Source: Gaiellaceae bacterium (GTDB taxonomy: Bacteria; Actinomycetota; Thermoleophilia; Gaiellales; Gaiellaceae). Taken from it: a stretch of 64,000 nt of DNA. The stretch covers positions 3,278 through 67,277 of the forward strand of contig DASUFC010000061.1 of assembly GCA_036274755.1 (NCBI GenBank). The letters are read 5' to 3'. The notes below the pieces were generated by a model that was given only the letters and a program-made list of their open reading frames with translations, was not told the origin of the DNA and ran no database searches. The position numbers and the translations under genes are program-made. Within the stretch, counting starts at the first letter, position 1. Each line of letters starts with the position of its first letter. Positions 37,347 to 46,717 of this stretch are shown piece by piece.

Positions 37347-38978
37347 ATGTTGCGCCGGCTCCGCATCGAGAACCTCGTGCTCATCCGCGAGGCGGACCTC
37401 GTGTTCGGGCGAGGGCTCAACGCGGTCACCGGCGAGACGGGTGCCGGAAAGACGATCTTCGCGCAGGCGATCGGGCTCCTCCTCGGAGCGCGAGCGGACG
37501 CGTCGGCCGTCGGCTCCGAGGGCTCCGAGGCCTACGTGGAGGCCGAGCTCGACGTCCCGGAGGGCTTCTTCGACGAGGAGGACGTGTCGGCGCTCGCCGA
37601 GCTGCGACCGGAGGACGAGGCCGGCCTGGTAATCGCGAGGCGCGTCTTCGGCGACGGCCGCACCCGCGCGTACGCCTGGGGCCGCGCCGTCGCGCGCGAG
37701 GACGTGGCCGCCGCGGCCGAGCGGCTGATCGCGATGTCGGGCCAGTTCGAGCAGCGGCGGCTCGCGCGGCCCGCGTACCAGCTCGACGTTCTCGATGCGT
37801 TCTGCGGAAGCGAGCAGCTGCAGCGTCGCCGCGAGCTGCGCCTCGCCTGGCGCGAGCTCCTCACAACGCGACGTCGACACGACGAGCTGTCGCGTGATGC
37901 GGACGCGGTCGCGGCACGTCTCATGGAGCTTCGGCTCCTCGTGGACGCGACCGAGGGCATGGCTGCCTCCGATGAGCGGGAGCTCCTCGCCCGACGCGAG
38001 CGGCTGAGGCACGTCGAGGAGCTCGCCGAAGCGGCGACCTCCGCGGCTGCAGCGGTCGCTCCCGACGACGGGGATGGCGCCGCGTCGCTCGCCGCTCTCG
38101 CCGAGCGCTCCCTCGCGCCGCTCGAGCGGATCGCACCGGAGCTCGGCGCGAGCGCCGAGGAGCTTCGCGACCTCGCCGTGCGTCTGCGCGAGGTCGGCTC
38201 CGACCTGCACCGGTTCGTGACGTCGCTGGACGCCGAGCCCGGGGCGCTCGAGAGCGTCGAGGAGCGCCTCCAGGCGATCGCGGATCTCGAGCGGCGGTTC
38301 GCCGTGTCCTCCTACGAGGAGCTCCTGGCGCGCGCGGCCGAGGCGGAACGGGAGCTCGCGGAGGCGGGAGAGGGCGGTGACCCGGTCGAGGCCGCGGCCC
38401 GCGCGCTCGCCGCGTCGGAGGAGCGCGCGGCCGGAATTGCATCGCAGCTCCGAGAGACGCGTCGGGCGAGCGCCTCCGCGTTCGGAGGGGCCGTGTCGGC
38501 CGAGCTCGGCTCACTCGGCATGGGGGAGGGTGAGCTCCTCGTCGAGCTGCGCGAGCGCGACCTCGGGCCGACCGGTGCGGACGAGGCGACGTTCCTCGTC
38601 CGCCCGAACCCAGGTCTCCCGTTCGCTCCGGCCGCCGAGACGGCGTCGGGCGGCGAGCTCTCGCGGATCGCCCTCGCACTCGCCGCGGTGGCAGGAGGCG
38701 AGACGCTCGTCTTCGACGAGATCGATGCGGGGATCGGCGGCGTCACGGCGCATGCCGTCGCAGCCACGCTCCAACGGCTCGCCGAGCGCGCGCAAGTGCT
38801 CACGATCACGCATCTGCCGCAGATCGCGAGCGTGGCCGACTGCCACTTCCGCGTGGAGAAGGTGCCCGGCGACCCGACCCATACGCGGATCGGGGAGCTC
38901 GACGAGCTGCTCCGCCGCGAGGAGATCGAGCGCATGGCCGGCGGCGCCGAGTTCATCGCGACGCTCGCGGAAAGCTAG
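37347..38978 (+). CDS. recN: DNA repair protein RecN
   Basis: 543 aa. N-terminal Walker A TGETGAGKT, long coiled coil, C-terminal SGGELSRIALAL and LVFDEIDAGIGG. Confidence 0.95.
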   Translation: MLRRLRIENLVLIREADLVFGRGLNAVTGETGAGKTIFAQAIGLLLGARADASAVGSEGSEAYVEAELDVPEGFFDEEDVSALAELRPEDEAGLVIARRVFGDGRTRAYAWGRAVAREDVAAAAERLIAMSGQFEQRRLARPAYQLDVLDAFCGSEQLQRRRELRLAWRELLTTRRRHDELSRDADAVAARLMELRLLVDATEGMAASDERELLARRERLRHVEELAEAATSAAAAVAPDDGDGAASLAALAERSLAPLERIAPELGASAEELRDLAVRLREVGSDLHRFVTSLDAEPGALESVEERLQAIADLERRFAVSSYEELLARAAEAERELAEAGEGGDPVEAAARALAASEERAAGIASQLRETRRASASAFGGAVSAELGSLGMGEGELLVELRERDLGPTGADEATFLVRPNPGLPFAPAAETASGGELSRIALALAAVAGGETLVFDEIDAGIGGVTAHAVAATLQRLAERAQVLTITHLPQIASVADCHFRVEKVPGDPTHTRIGELDELLRREEIERMAGGAEFIATLAES

Positions 38979-39087
38979 GTCGCTCAGGCGCTCAGCGCGC
39001 GGACGATCCGGAGCATGGTGAGGCGAGACCGAGCAGCTCGGTGGTGTCCGAGGGCTCCAACCTTGCCGCCTGCTACGGTGAGAACCC

Positions 39088-40719
39088 GTGGCCAAGTACG
39101 TGTTCGTCACGGGTGGCGTCGTCTCCGCGCTGGGGAAGGGCATCGTGGCCGCCTCGCTCGGACGACTCCTCAAGGCCCGTGGCCTCTCCGTCTCGGCGCA
39201 GAAGTTCGATCCCTACCTGAACGTCGATCCGGGCACCATGAGCCCGTTCCAGCACGGCGAGGTCTTCGTGACCGAGGACGGCGCCGAGACCGACCTCGAC
39301 ATCGGTCACTACGAGCGCTTCATCGACGAGAACCTCTCGCGGAACGCGAGCCATACGGCCGGAGCGATCTGGGACTCGGTGCTCCGCCGCGAGCGCAAGG
39401 GAGAGTTCCTCGGCGCGACCGTGCAGGTCATCCCGCACATCACGAACGAGATCAAGGCGCGCATCCGTCGGGCGGAGAAGGTCGCGCCCGCGGACGTCGT
39501 CATCTCGGAGATCGGCGGAACCGTCGGCGACATCGAGTCGCTGCCGTTCCTCGAGGCGATCAGGCAGTTCCGCCGTGAGGTCGGGCCGGAGAACGTCGTC
39601 TACCTGCACGTGACCCTCGTGCCATTCATCGACGCGGCGGGGGAGCTGAAGACGAAGCCGACGCAGCACTCGGTGAACGAGCTCCGCCGGATCGGAATCC
39701 ATCCCGACGTCGTGGTCTGCCGGTCGACCGAGATCCTCTCGGACGACATCCGCGAGAAGATCGCCCTCTTCGCGGACGTCGATCGCGACGCCGTCATCGG
39801 CTGCCCGGACGTCCCGGACGTGTACCTCGTGCCCGAGGTGTTGCAGGGCGAGGGTCTCGACTCCCTCGTGTGCGACAAGCTTTCGCTCGACGCGCCGGCC
39901 GCGGACCTCGCCGAGTGGGGCGAGCTCATCGCGCGGACGCGCGAGCTCCGCGAGGACGTCGAGATCGCGCTCGTCGGGAAGTACGTGAAGCTGCACGACG
40001 CCTACCTCTCCGTCCACGAGGCGCTGAAGCATGCGGGCGTGCACTCGGGCTGCCGTGTTCACGTTCGCTGGGTCGACGCGGAGAACATGTCCTACGAGGA
40101 GGCGGTCCACGAGCTCGAGCAAGCGGACGGCGTCCTGGTGCCCGGTGGCTTCGGCTCACGCGGCTGGGAGGGGAAGATCCTCGCCTGCCGGGCTGCGCGC
40201 GAGCGCGAGATCCCGTACCTCGGGATCTGCCTGGGCATGCACGTCGCCGTCTCGGAGTTCGCGCGCCACGTGTGCGGGATGGATGGCGCCAACTCGACGG
40301 AGATGGATCCTGAAACGCCTTTCCCCGTCATCGACCTGCTGCCCGAGCAGAAGGAGATCGAGGATCTCGGCGGCACGATGCGTCTCGGCGCGCAGGCGGT
40401 CGAGCTCGGGGAGGGCACGAAGGCTCGCGAGACGTACGACGAGCCGGTCGTCCACGAGCGGCACCGCCACCGCTACGAGGTGAACAACGAGCTGCGGCAG
40501 CGATTGGTCGACGCCGGGCTCGTCGTGTCGGGCACGTTCCAGGACGGCCGGCTCGTCGAGATCGTCGAGCTTCCCGAACATCCCTGGTTCGTCGCGAGCC
40601 AGTTCCACCCGGAGTTCAAGTCGCGGCCCACCCGGCCAGCGCCGCTCTTCCGGGAGTTCGTCGCCGCCGCGCTCGAGCGCTCGCGCGCCCGCGCGGGCGT
40701 CCGCGCAACCGTCGCCTAG
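39088..40719 (+). CDS. pyrG: CTP synthase
   Basis: 543 aa. Motifs: [21 protein letters not shown], GATase GICLGMH and HRHRYE. Confidence 0.97.
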   Translation: MAKYVFVTGGVVSALGKGIVAASLGRLLKARGLSVSAQKFDPYLNVDPGTMSPFQHGEVFVTEDGAETDLDIGHYERFIDENLSRNASHTAGAIWDSVLRRERKGEFLGATVQVIPHITNEIKARIRRAEKVAPADVVISEIGGTVGDIESLPFLEAIRQFRREVGPENVVYLHVTLVPFIDAAGELKTKPTQHSVNELRRIGIHPDVVVCRSTEILSDDIREKIALFADVDRDAVIGCPDVPDVYLVPEVLQGEGLDSLVCDKLSLDAPAADLAEWGELIARTRELREDVEIALVGKYVKLHDAYLSVHEALKHAGVHSGCRVHVRWVDAENMSYEEAVHELEQADGVLVPGGFGSRGWEGKILACRAAREREIPYLGICLGMHVAVSEFARHVCGMDGANSTEMDPETPFPVIDLLPEQKEIEDLGGTMRLGAQAVELGEGTKARETYDEPVVHERHRHRYEVNNELRQRLVDAGLVVSGTFQDGRLVEIVELPEHPWFVASQFHPEFKSRPTRPAPLFREFVAAALERSRARAGVRATVA

Positions 40720-40722
40720 CGC

Positions 40723-41595
40723 CTACGCGCGTGCGAAGGCCTGCGCGAGCCGACGCCGCAGCGCGCGGGTCGGCATGTGGCCGGTGATCCGCAGATAGGT
40801 CAGCAGGCACGTGAGCGTGACCGCGAGCGCGGCGAGAAGCAGCTGCCACGATGTCCCGCCTCCGTTCAGCTGCGCGCTCTTGATGCCCGGCTGCCAGTGC
40901 GGGCCTCCCCACGTGACGTCGAACGCGTACGCGTTGAGGACGTGCACCCAGAGGATCCAGCTCACCCAGCGCGCGATGCCGTAGAAGAACGAGGTCCGGT
41001 AGAGGGCGATGAGCGCGACCTCCGGCAAGCGTTTCCCCATCCATGCCCAGAAGGGGTCCGTTGGATAGATCACCTCGCGGAAGTACGCCTTGGTGAGGAC
41101 GCGCCAGCTCGCGATCGCGAGCACGACCCACAGACCGTCCCAGACGAGTGCGGGGCCGCTGAAGTACGCGGCGGCGTCGCCGAGCCGGCCGGCCTCGGCC
41201 GCGTACGGCCAGAGCCCGATCGAGTAGATGTGCGTCGAGAATGGGAAGGCGAGCATCACGCCGAGCGAGTCGCAGACGTCCGTGAACGCGTGCACCCACT
41301 GCCCGATCAGGAAGCTCAGCGCCCACAGCTTGTTCCGCCAGATCAGATAGATGACCCCGGCGACGAGGAGCCCGAAGAACGGCGTGTGGGTGAACCCCAC
41401 GCCGGGGAAGCCGCGATGGAACCGAGCGGGGTCGTCGGCCTTGAGCTCGAAGCCGAATGCGCCCACGCCGTACACGAACCACTTCGTCGCGAGATCCGGC
41501 GCGTACGAGCCGATGAGCAGCGGGACGAACGCGACCTTCTTCCCGAGGTAGCGCTGGACGACGTACGGCTCGAGGTCGTGCGAGACCCAGCTCAT
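40723..41595 (-). CDS. Polytopic membrane protein, possibly membrane-bound metal-dependent hydrolase (DUF457/YdjM-like)
   Basis: ORF 40723..41667 trimmed to ATG at 41595 (MSWVSHDLEPY...LLIGSYAPDLATK), which overlaps the stop of the upstream small ORF (ATGA). Multiple TM helices and conserved His/Asp. The family call is tentative. Confidence 0.6.
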   Translation of the reverse strand: MSWVSHDLEPYVVQRYLGKKVAFVPLLIGSYAPDLATKWFVYGVGAFGFELKADDPARFHRGFPGVGFTHTPFFGLLVAGVIYLIWRNKLWALSFLIGQWVHAFTDVCDSLGVMLAFPFSTHIYSIGLWPYAAEAGRLGDAAAYFSGPALVWDGLWVVLAIASWRVLTKAYFREVIYPTDPFWAWMGKRLPEVALIALYRTSFFYGIARWVSWILWVHVLNAYAFDVTWGGPHWQPGIKSAQLNGGGTSWQLLLAALAVTLTCLLTYLRITGHMPTRALRRRLAQAFARA

Positions 41596-41747
41596 CGCGT
41601 GAGCCGCCTCACGCCGGCGGGGACGAGCCAGATCGCCACGAGCAGGTACGCCGCGGCGACGATCCACGAGAAGAGGAACGACGGGAAGGCGAGGCCGAGC
41701 GCGACGTACACGACGCCGGCGAGGACGTAGCCGCCGAGCTCCCGCAT
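41592..41747 (-). CDS. Small two-helix membrane protein (51 aa), not in ORF track
   Basis: Hand translation of the reverse strand: MRELGGYVLAGVVYVALGLAFPSFLFSWIVAAAYLLVAIWLVPAGVRRLTR*. Third positions are almost exclusively G/C. The stop overlaps the next gene's ATG (ATGA at 41592-41595). Confidence 0.5.
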   Translation of the reverse strand: MRELGGYVLAGVVYVALGLAFPSFLFSWIVAAAYLLVAIWLVPAGVRRLTR

Positions 41748-41764
41748 CGGGCGAGACTAGTGCG

Positions 41765-43255
41765 TCAGGCGGCGGGTATCACGACCACGGCCTCGGCGGG
41801 TTCGAGCCGGAGGGCGCCGGACACGGTCTCGCCGTCGCGCTCGCGGCGGGTGGCGAGCGCGACGAGGCCGTGCAGGCCTCCGATCTCGACTGGCCCCGAG
41901 CCGAGGTTGACGGCGACGGTGACCTCCTCTCCGCGGTGCCAGGCCCATGAGCCCGGCGGGGAAACGAGCTCTGCATACGCGCCGGAGCGGAGCGCGGGCA
42001 GCCGTTTGCGGAGTGCGATGAGGTCGCGCGTGAGGGCGAGCGTCGAGCCGGGATCCGTGCGCTGGTCCCCGACGTTGCGGCTCGTGTCGGTGAGCGGTAG
42101 CCAGGGATCCGACCAGCCGCCCTCCGGCGTCCACGGCATCGGCGTGCGGCCGGGGTCGCGCGATGGCTCCGCGACGTCGAGGACGCGATCCGCCGGCACG
42201 TCGCCTGATGTCAGCCCGAGCTCGTCTCCGTAGTAGAGGCAGGGCGTGCCTCGAAGCCCGAGCAGCATCGTGAGCGCGCAGCGCACGCGCGCGTCGTCGC
42301 CCTCGGCCCAGCGCGTCGCGAGCCTGCCGATGTCGTGGTTCGAGCCCGTCCAGCACGGCCAGGCGTGGGACGGGAGCGCGGTCTCGATCTCGCGGACGAT
42401 GCCTCGCAGCTCGTCGGCGTCGAGGTCGGCGTGCGTGAGCATGAAGGCGAACGCGAGGTCGAGCTCGTCGTCCTCCTCCCCGAAGTAGCTCGTCCACTGC
42501 TCGACGTCGAGCGAGTACGCCTCCCCGAGGAGCATCCGCGGCGGCTCGTACGACTCGGCGAGCGCGCGCCACTCGCGCAGGATCTCGTGGGTCTCGGGCC
42601 GGAACATGGAGTAGGTCCGGCGGAGGCCGAGCCCGGCGATGATCGGATCGTCGCGAAGCTCGGCGTCCTTCACGATCGCGTGGGCGACGTCGAGGCGAAA
42701 GCCGGCGATGCCACGGTCGAACCAGAACCGCAGGATGCGCTCGAACTCTGGACGCACCTCGGGGTTCCACCAGTTCACGTCGGGCTGTCCCGGCGCGAAG
42801 TTGTGGAGGTAGTAGCGGCCCTGCTCCGCGTCGAACGTCCACGCCGGGCCGCCGCCGAAGATCGACTCCCAGTTGTTCGGGACGCCGTCCGACCAGACGT
42901 AGAAGTCCGGGCGCTCGCGGAACCACGGATGCTCGATGGACGTGTGGTTCGGGACGAGGTCGAGGAGGACGCGGATGCCGCGCTCCCCGGCCGCGGCGAC
43001 GAGCCCGTCGAGGTCGTCGAGCGTCCCGAGGTCGGGATGGACGCCCGTGTAGTCGCTCACGTCGTAGCCCCAGTCGACGTTCGGTGACGGGTGGATCGGG
43101 TTGAGCCAGATCCCGTCGATGCCGAGCCACTCGAGGTACTCGAGCCGCTCGGTCACGCCGGCGAGGTCGCCGATCCCGTCTCCGTTCGAGTCCGCGAAGG
43201 AACGCGGGTAGATCTGGTACAGGACGGCGTCGCGCCACCAGCGGTTCCCGGTCAT
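41765..43255 (-). CDS. GH13 alpha-glucosidase / oligo-1,6-glucosidase family protein
   Basis: 496 aa. Motifs: YQIYPRSFADSNGDGIGDL, DLVPNHTS, GFRLDVAH, GEAY (EA..), FMLTHAD region. Confidence 0.9.
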   Translation of the reverse strand: MTGNRWWRDAVLYQIYPRSFADSNGDGIGDLAGVTERLEYLEWLGIDGIWLNPIHPSPNVDWGYDVSDYTGVHPDLGTLDDLDGLVAAAGERGIRVLLDLVPNHTSIEHPWFRERPDFYVWSDGVPNNWESIFGGGPAWTFDAEQGRYYLHNFAPGQPDVNWWNPEVRPEFERILRFWFDRGIAGFRLDVAHAIVKDAELRDDPIIAGLGLRRTYSMFRPETHEILREWRALAESYEPPRMLLGEAYSLDVEQWTSYFGEEDDELDLAFAFMLTHADLDADELRGIVREIETALPSHAWPCWTGSNHDIGRLATRWAEGDDARVRCALTMLLGLRGTPCLYYGDELGLTSGDVPADRVLDVAEPSRDPGRTPMPWTPEGGWSDPWLPLTDTSRNVGDQRTDPGSTLALTRDLIALRKRLPALRSGAYAELVSPPGSWAWHRGEEVTVAVNLGSGPVEIGGLHGLVALATRRERDGETVSGALRLEPAEAVVVIPAA

Positions 43256-43365
43256 GAGACCGAAACCTAGCCAGGCGCCAGACCGGGATCGCCGCGCGGC
43301 GATCCCGGGCGCGCGAGCGGTAGGCGATCGCTCGTCTTCCGGTCACCGCCCCGCGTACTCGTAGG

Positions 43366-44511
43366 ATGCGGCTCGTGCAGCAGCCGCTGACGTCGCCTCT
43401 CGTCGAGCTCTTCCTCGATCTGTGTGCGATGTCCAGCCCGTCGGGGCACGAGCGGGCAGTCGCCGACCGCGTTGCCGCGTACCTCTCCGGGCTCGGGCTC
43501 GAATGGGACGAGGACGACTCCGCCGGTCGCCTCGACGGTGACGCGGGGACCATCTACTGCCGGATCCCGCCGACGAACGGCACGGGTGGGATGCCGATCT
43601 TCCTCTGTGCGCACACGGACACGGTGCCGCCGGAGACCGTCATCGAGCCGGTCGTGGACGAGGACGGGATCGTCCGCAACGCGGCCGGGACGATCCTCGG
43701 CTCGGACAACAAGGCGGCGGTCGTCGTGATGCTCGAGGCCGTCCGACGTGTGCTCGAGGAGGGCCGCGAGCACGCCGGCATCGAGCTCGTCTTCACGCCG
43801 CAGGAGGAGGTCTCCCTGCGCGGAGCCGACGCCTTCGACCACACGCGGCTCGTCGCGACCACGGGCTACGTCTACGACCAGGGAGCCGCGATCGGGGAGA
43901 TCGTCCTCGGCTCGCCGCACGCGCGCATCCTCGACTTTCGCTTCCACGGTGCGGCGGCGCACGCCGGGATGCATCCCGAGGACGGGCGCTCGGCCATCGC
44001 GGCCGCGTCGCGCGCGATCGCCGACTTCCGGCTCGGCCGTATCGACGAGGAGACGAGCGCGAACGTCGGCGTGATCTCCGGCGGTACGGCCCGAAACGTC
44101 GTGCCCGAGTGGTGCTCCTTCAGCGCAGAGGTGCGCTCGCAGGACGAGCGCAAGGCCGTCGAGATCGCACGCGAGATGCTGGAGAGCGCCGCGTTCGCGG
44201 CGAGCCTCGCGGACTGCGAGGTCGAGTCCGCGGTCCGCCCGAGCTTTCCGGGCTATCGCTTCCGCGAGACCGACGAGCCGGTTCGCATGGCCGCGCAGGC
44301 GCTCGAACGCGCCGGCTACACGCCGTCGTACGCGTTGAGCGGGGGCGGGGCGGACGCGAACGTCTTCAACGCACGTGGCCTTCGCTGCGTGAACCTCGCG
44401 AACGGGATGATGGAAATCCACACACCTGACGAGCACATCGCGGTCGCCGATCTCGAAGGCATGGTCGAGGTGACACTCGCGCTCGTCGACGTCGCGCTCG
44501 AGACCGGCTGA
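43366..44511 (+). CDS. M20-family metallopeptidase (PepT-like)
   Basis: 381 aa. Motifs: LCAHTDTV, GSDNKAAV, FTPQEEVSLRGA, HAGMHPEDG. Confidence 0.85.
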   Translation: MRLVQQPLTSPLVELFLDLCAMSSPSGHERAVADRVAAYLSGLGLEWDEDDSAGRLDGDAGTIYCRIPPTNGTGGMPIFLCAHTDTVPPETVIEPVVDEDGIVRNAAGTILGSDNKAAVVVMLEAVRRVLEEGREHAGIELVFTPQEEVSLRGADAFDHTRLVATTGYVYDQGAAIGEIVLGSPHARILDFRFHGAAAHAGMHPEDGRSAIAAASRAIADFRLGRIDEETSANVGVISGGTARNVVPEWCSFSAEVRSQDERKAVEIAREMLESAAFAASLADCEVESAVRPSFPGYRFRETDEPVRMAAQALERAGYTPSYALSGGGADANVFNARGLRCVNLANGMMEIHTPDEHIAVADLEGMVEVTLALVDVALETG

Positions 44512-44513
44512 AC

Positions 44514-45296
44514 GTGGACCGGCGTAGGCTCGGGCCGGTCGTCGGGCTCGGCACGTACCGCACGTTCGACCGCGACAGCGGCCTCGCGCGCAGCGTCGTC
44601 GAAGCGGCACTCGACTCCGGCGTGGAGGTCTTCGACTCGTCGCCGATGTACGGAGGGGCCGAGGCGTCGCTCGGGGCCGCGCTCGAGGGTCGCCGCGAGG
44701 GCACGACCGTCGCGACGAAGATCTGGACGCCGAGCGTCGAGGAAGGGCGTGCCCAGTACGAGGCGCAGCGCGGTTGGTTCGGGCGCGTCGACATCGAGCA
44801 GGTCCACAACCTCGTGTCCTGGCAGGAGCACCTCGCGTGGCTCGAGGAGGAGCGCGCGGAAGGGCGGCTCGACCGCATCGGGGTGACGCACTGGAGCCCT
44901 GGGGCGTTCGACGAGCTCGAGCAGGCATTGCGAAGCGGCCGCTTCGACGTCGTCCAGCTGCCGTTGAACCCGCTCGAGCGCGCGGCCGAGCGCCGGCTGC
45001 TGCCGCTTGCCGAGGAGCTCGGCATCTCCGTGATCGTGATGGAGCCGTTCGGCGGGTCCGGCGCGCCGCTTCTCGGCAACGCGCCTTCCGCCGACGAGCT
45101 CGCGCCGCTGGGCGCGTTCGGGATCGAGACGTGGGCGCAGGCGGTCCTCAAGTGGACGCTCTCGGATCCACGCATCGATCTCGTGATCCCTGCGACGTCC
45201 CGGCCCGAGCACGCGCGGCAGAACGCCGTGGCCGGCCAGCCACCGTGGCTCCCGGCCGCGGAGCGCGACTACGTGGCCGGCTTGGCTCGCGCCTGA
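44514..45296 (+). CDS. Aldo/keto reductase
   Basis: 260 aa with a GTG start. Motifs: FDSSPMYGGAE, ATKIW, GVTHWS, QLPLNPLER. Confidence 0.85.
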   Translation: MDRRRLGPVVGLGTYRTFDRDSGLARSVVEAALDSGVEVFDSSPMYGGAEASLGAALEGRREGTTVATKIWTPSVEEGRAQYEAQRGWFGRVDIEQVHNLVSWQEHLAWLEEERAEGRLDRIGVTHWSPGAFDELEQALRSGRFDVVQLPLNPLERAAERRLLPLAEELGISVIVMEPFGGSGAPLLGNAPSADELAPLGAFGIETWAQAVLKWTLSDPRIDLVIPATSRPEHARQNAVAGQPPWLPAAERDYVAGLARA

Positions 45297-45316
45297 CGCG
45301 ATATCGTCCCGCCCGC

Positions 45317-46441
45317 ATGCGGATCGGCGTTGCCAGGGAGATCAAGCCGCAGGAGTACCGCGTCGCGCTGACACCGGCCGGCGCGCGCGAGCTCGTCCAG
45401 CACGGCCATGAGGTCGTCGTGGAGACCGGCGCGGGCGTCGGAAGCGCGTTCGCCGACGACGCCTACGAGCGCGTCGGCGCGAGCATCGCGTCCGTCGACG
45501 AGGTCTGGTCGAGCGCGGATCTCCTGCTCAAGGTGAAGGAGCCGATCGCGGTCGAGTATCCGCGCCTCCGGGAGGGTCTCACCCTCTTCACCTACCTCCA
45601 CATCGCGGCCGACGAGCCGCTCACGCGCGCGCTCGTCGACTCGGGGATCACGGCGATCGCCTACGAGACGGTCGAGACCGACCGCGGCGCACTTCCGCTG
45701 CTCGCGCCGATGAGCGAGATCGCCGGTCGTCTCGCAGCGCAGGCGGGCGCGGACCAGCTCGAGAAGCCGAAGGGCGGTCGCGGGATCCTCCTCGGAGGCG
45801 TCGCCGGCGTCGCGCCAGCACGCGTGCTGGTCATCGGCGGCGGGATGGTCGGGTACAACGCGGCCGTGATCGCCCTCGGCATGGGAGCACAGGTCACGAT
45901 CCTCGAGCGCTCGGTCGACCGGATGCGTTACCTGGAGCAGATCCTCTCGGGTCGCGTGCAGCTCCTCATGTCATCGGCGCTCCAGCTCGAGGAGTCGATC
46001 AAGGATGCGGACCTCACGATCGGTGCGGTGCTCATCCCCGGTGCGCTCGCGCCGAAGCTCGTTCGACGCGAGATGCTCGCGACGATGAAGGAGAGCTCCG
46101 TCTTCGTCGACGTGGCGATCGACCAGGGCGGCTGCGCCGAGACCTCGCGGCCCACGACGCACGACGAGCCTGTGTACACGGTGGACGGCGTCATCCACTA
46201 CTGCGTCGCCAACATGCCCGGCGCGGTGCCGATCACGTCAACGCGCGCGCTCACGAACGTGACCCTGCCGTACGTCGAGCAACTCGCCGAGTTCGGTGCG
46301 CTCGGGGCCGTGCGGGCGAACCCGGAGCTGGCGCGCGGGGTGAACACGATCGGCGGGAAGCTCACCTACGAGGCCGTCGCCGAGGCGCATGGCATGGAGT
46401 ACACGCCGCTCGACGACGCGCTCGCTGCGGGCGTGTCCTAG
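45317..46441 (+). CDS. ald: Alanine dehydrogenase
   Basis: ATG at 45317 within ORF 44774..46441. Motifs: MRIGVAREIKPQEYRVALTP, LFTYLHIA, VIGGGMVGYNAA, DVAIDQGGC. Confidence 0.95.
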   Translation: MRIGVAREIKPQEYRVALTPAGARELVQHGHEVVVETGAGVGSAFADDAYERVGASIASVDEVWSSADLLLKVKEPIAVEYPRLREGLTLFTYLHIAADEPLTRALVDSGITAIAYETVETDRGALPLLAPMSEIAGRLAAQAGADQLEKPKGGRGILLGGVAGVAPARVLVIGGGMVGYNAAVIALGMGAQVTILERSVDRMRYLEQILSGRVQLLMSSALQLEESIKDADLTIGAVLIPGALAPKLVRREMLATMKESSVFVDVAIDQGGCAETSRPTTHDEPVYTVDGVIHYCVANMPGAVPITSTRALTNVTLPYVEQLAEFGALGAVRANPELARGVNTIGGKLTYEAVAEAHGMEYTPLDDALAAGVS

Positions 46442-46650
46442 GTCGCGGCGCGCTTCGAGCGGCGGAAGAGGCTCCCTGCCTGACTCTCCTCGCCGCGCTT
46501 CGGCGACGACCCGTCACCCGAGTCGTCCGGTTTCTTCGGATTCCGCTCCGTGGGGAAGATCCGGATCACGGCGTACGTGATCGCAGCCGCGAGGCTGACG
46601 ATCGCCACGATGTACAGGACGAGGAGGAGTAGGCCGAGAACGTCGCTCAA
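46438..46650 (-). CDS. Small single-pass membrane protein (70 aa)
   Basis: TTG at 46650 within ORF 46438..47115: LSDVLGLLLLVLYIVAIVSLAAAITYAVIRIFPTERNPKKPDD.... GC3 is strongly coding-like from this start onward. Upstream of it the ORF is a shadow of deoB. Confidence 0.45.
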   Translation of the reverse strand: MSDVLGLLLLVLYIVAIVSLAAAITYAVIRIFPTERNPKKPDDSGDGSSPKRGEESQAGSLFRRSKRAAT

Positions 46651-46717
46651 CGCCGCCGTAGAATAGCGACGTGCTCGCACGAAGATCCCGCACCCACGAG
46701 CGTTTTCGGTCCGGCTA

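Noticed and set aside
38979-39087. Possible pyrG leader or attenuator, or a recN terminator, in the recN-pyrG gap
   Set aside because: I saw only short direct repeats (gctcag gcgctcag) and no convincing hairpin plus U-tract. Nothing there can be supported by eye.
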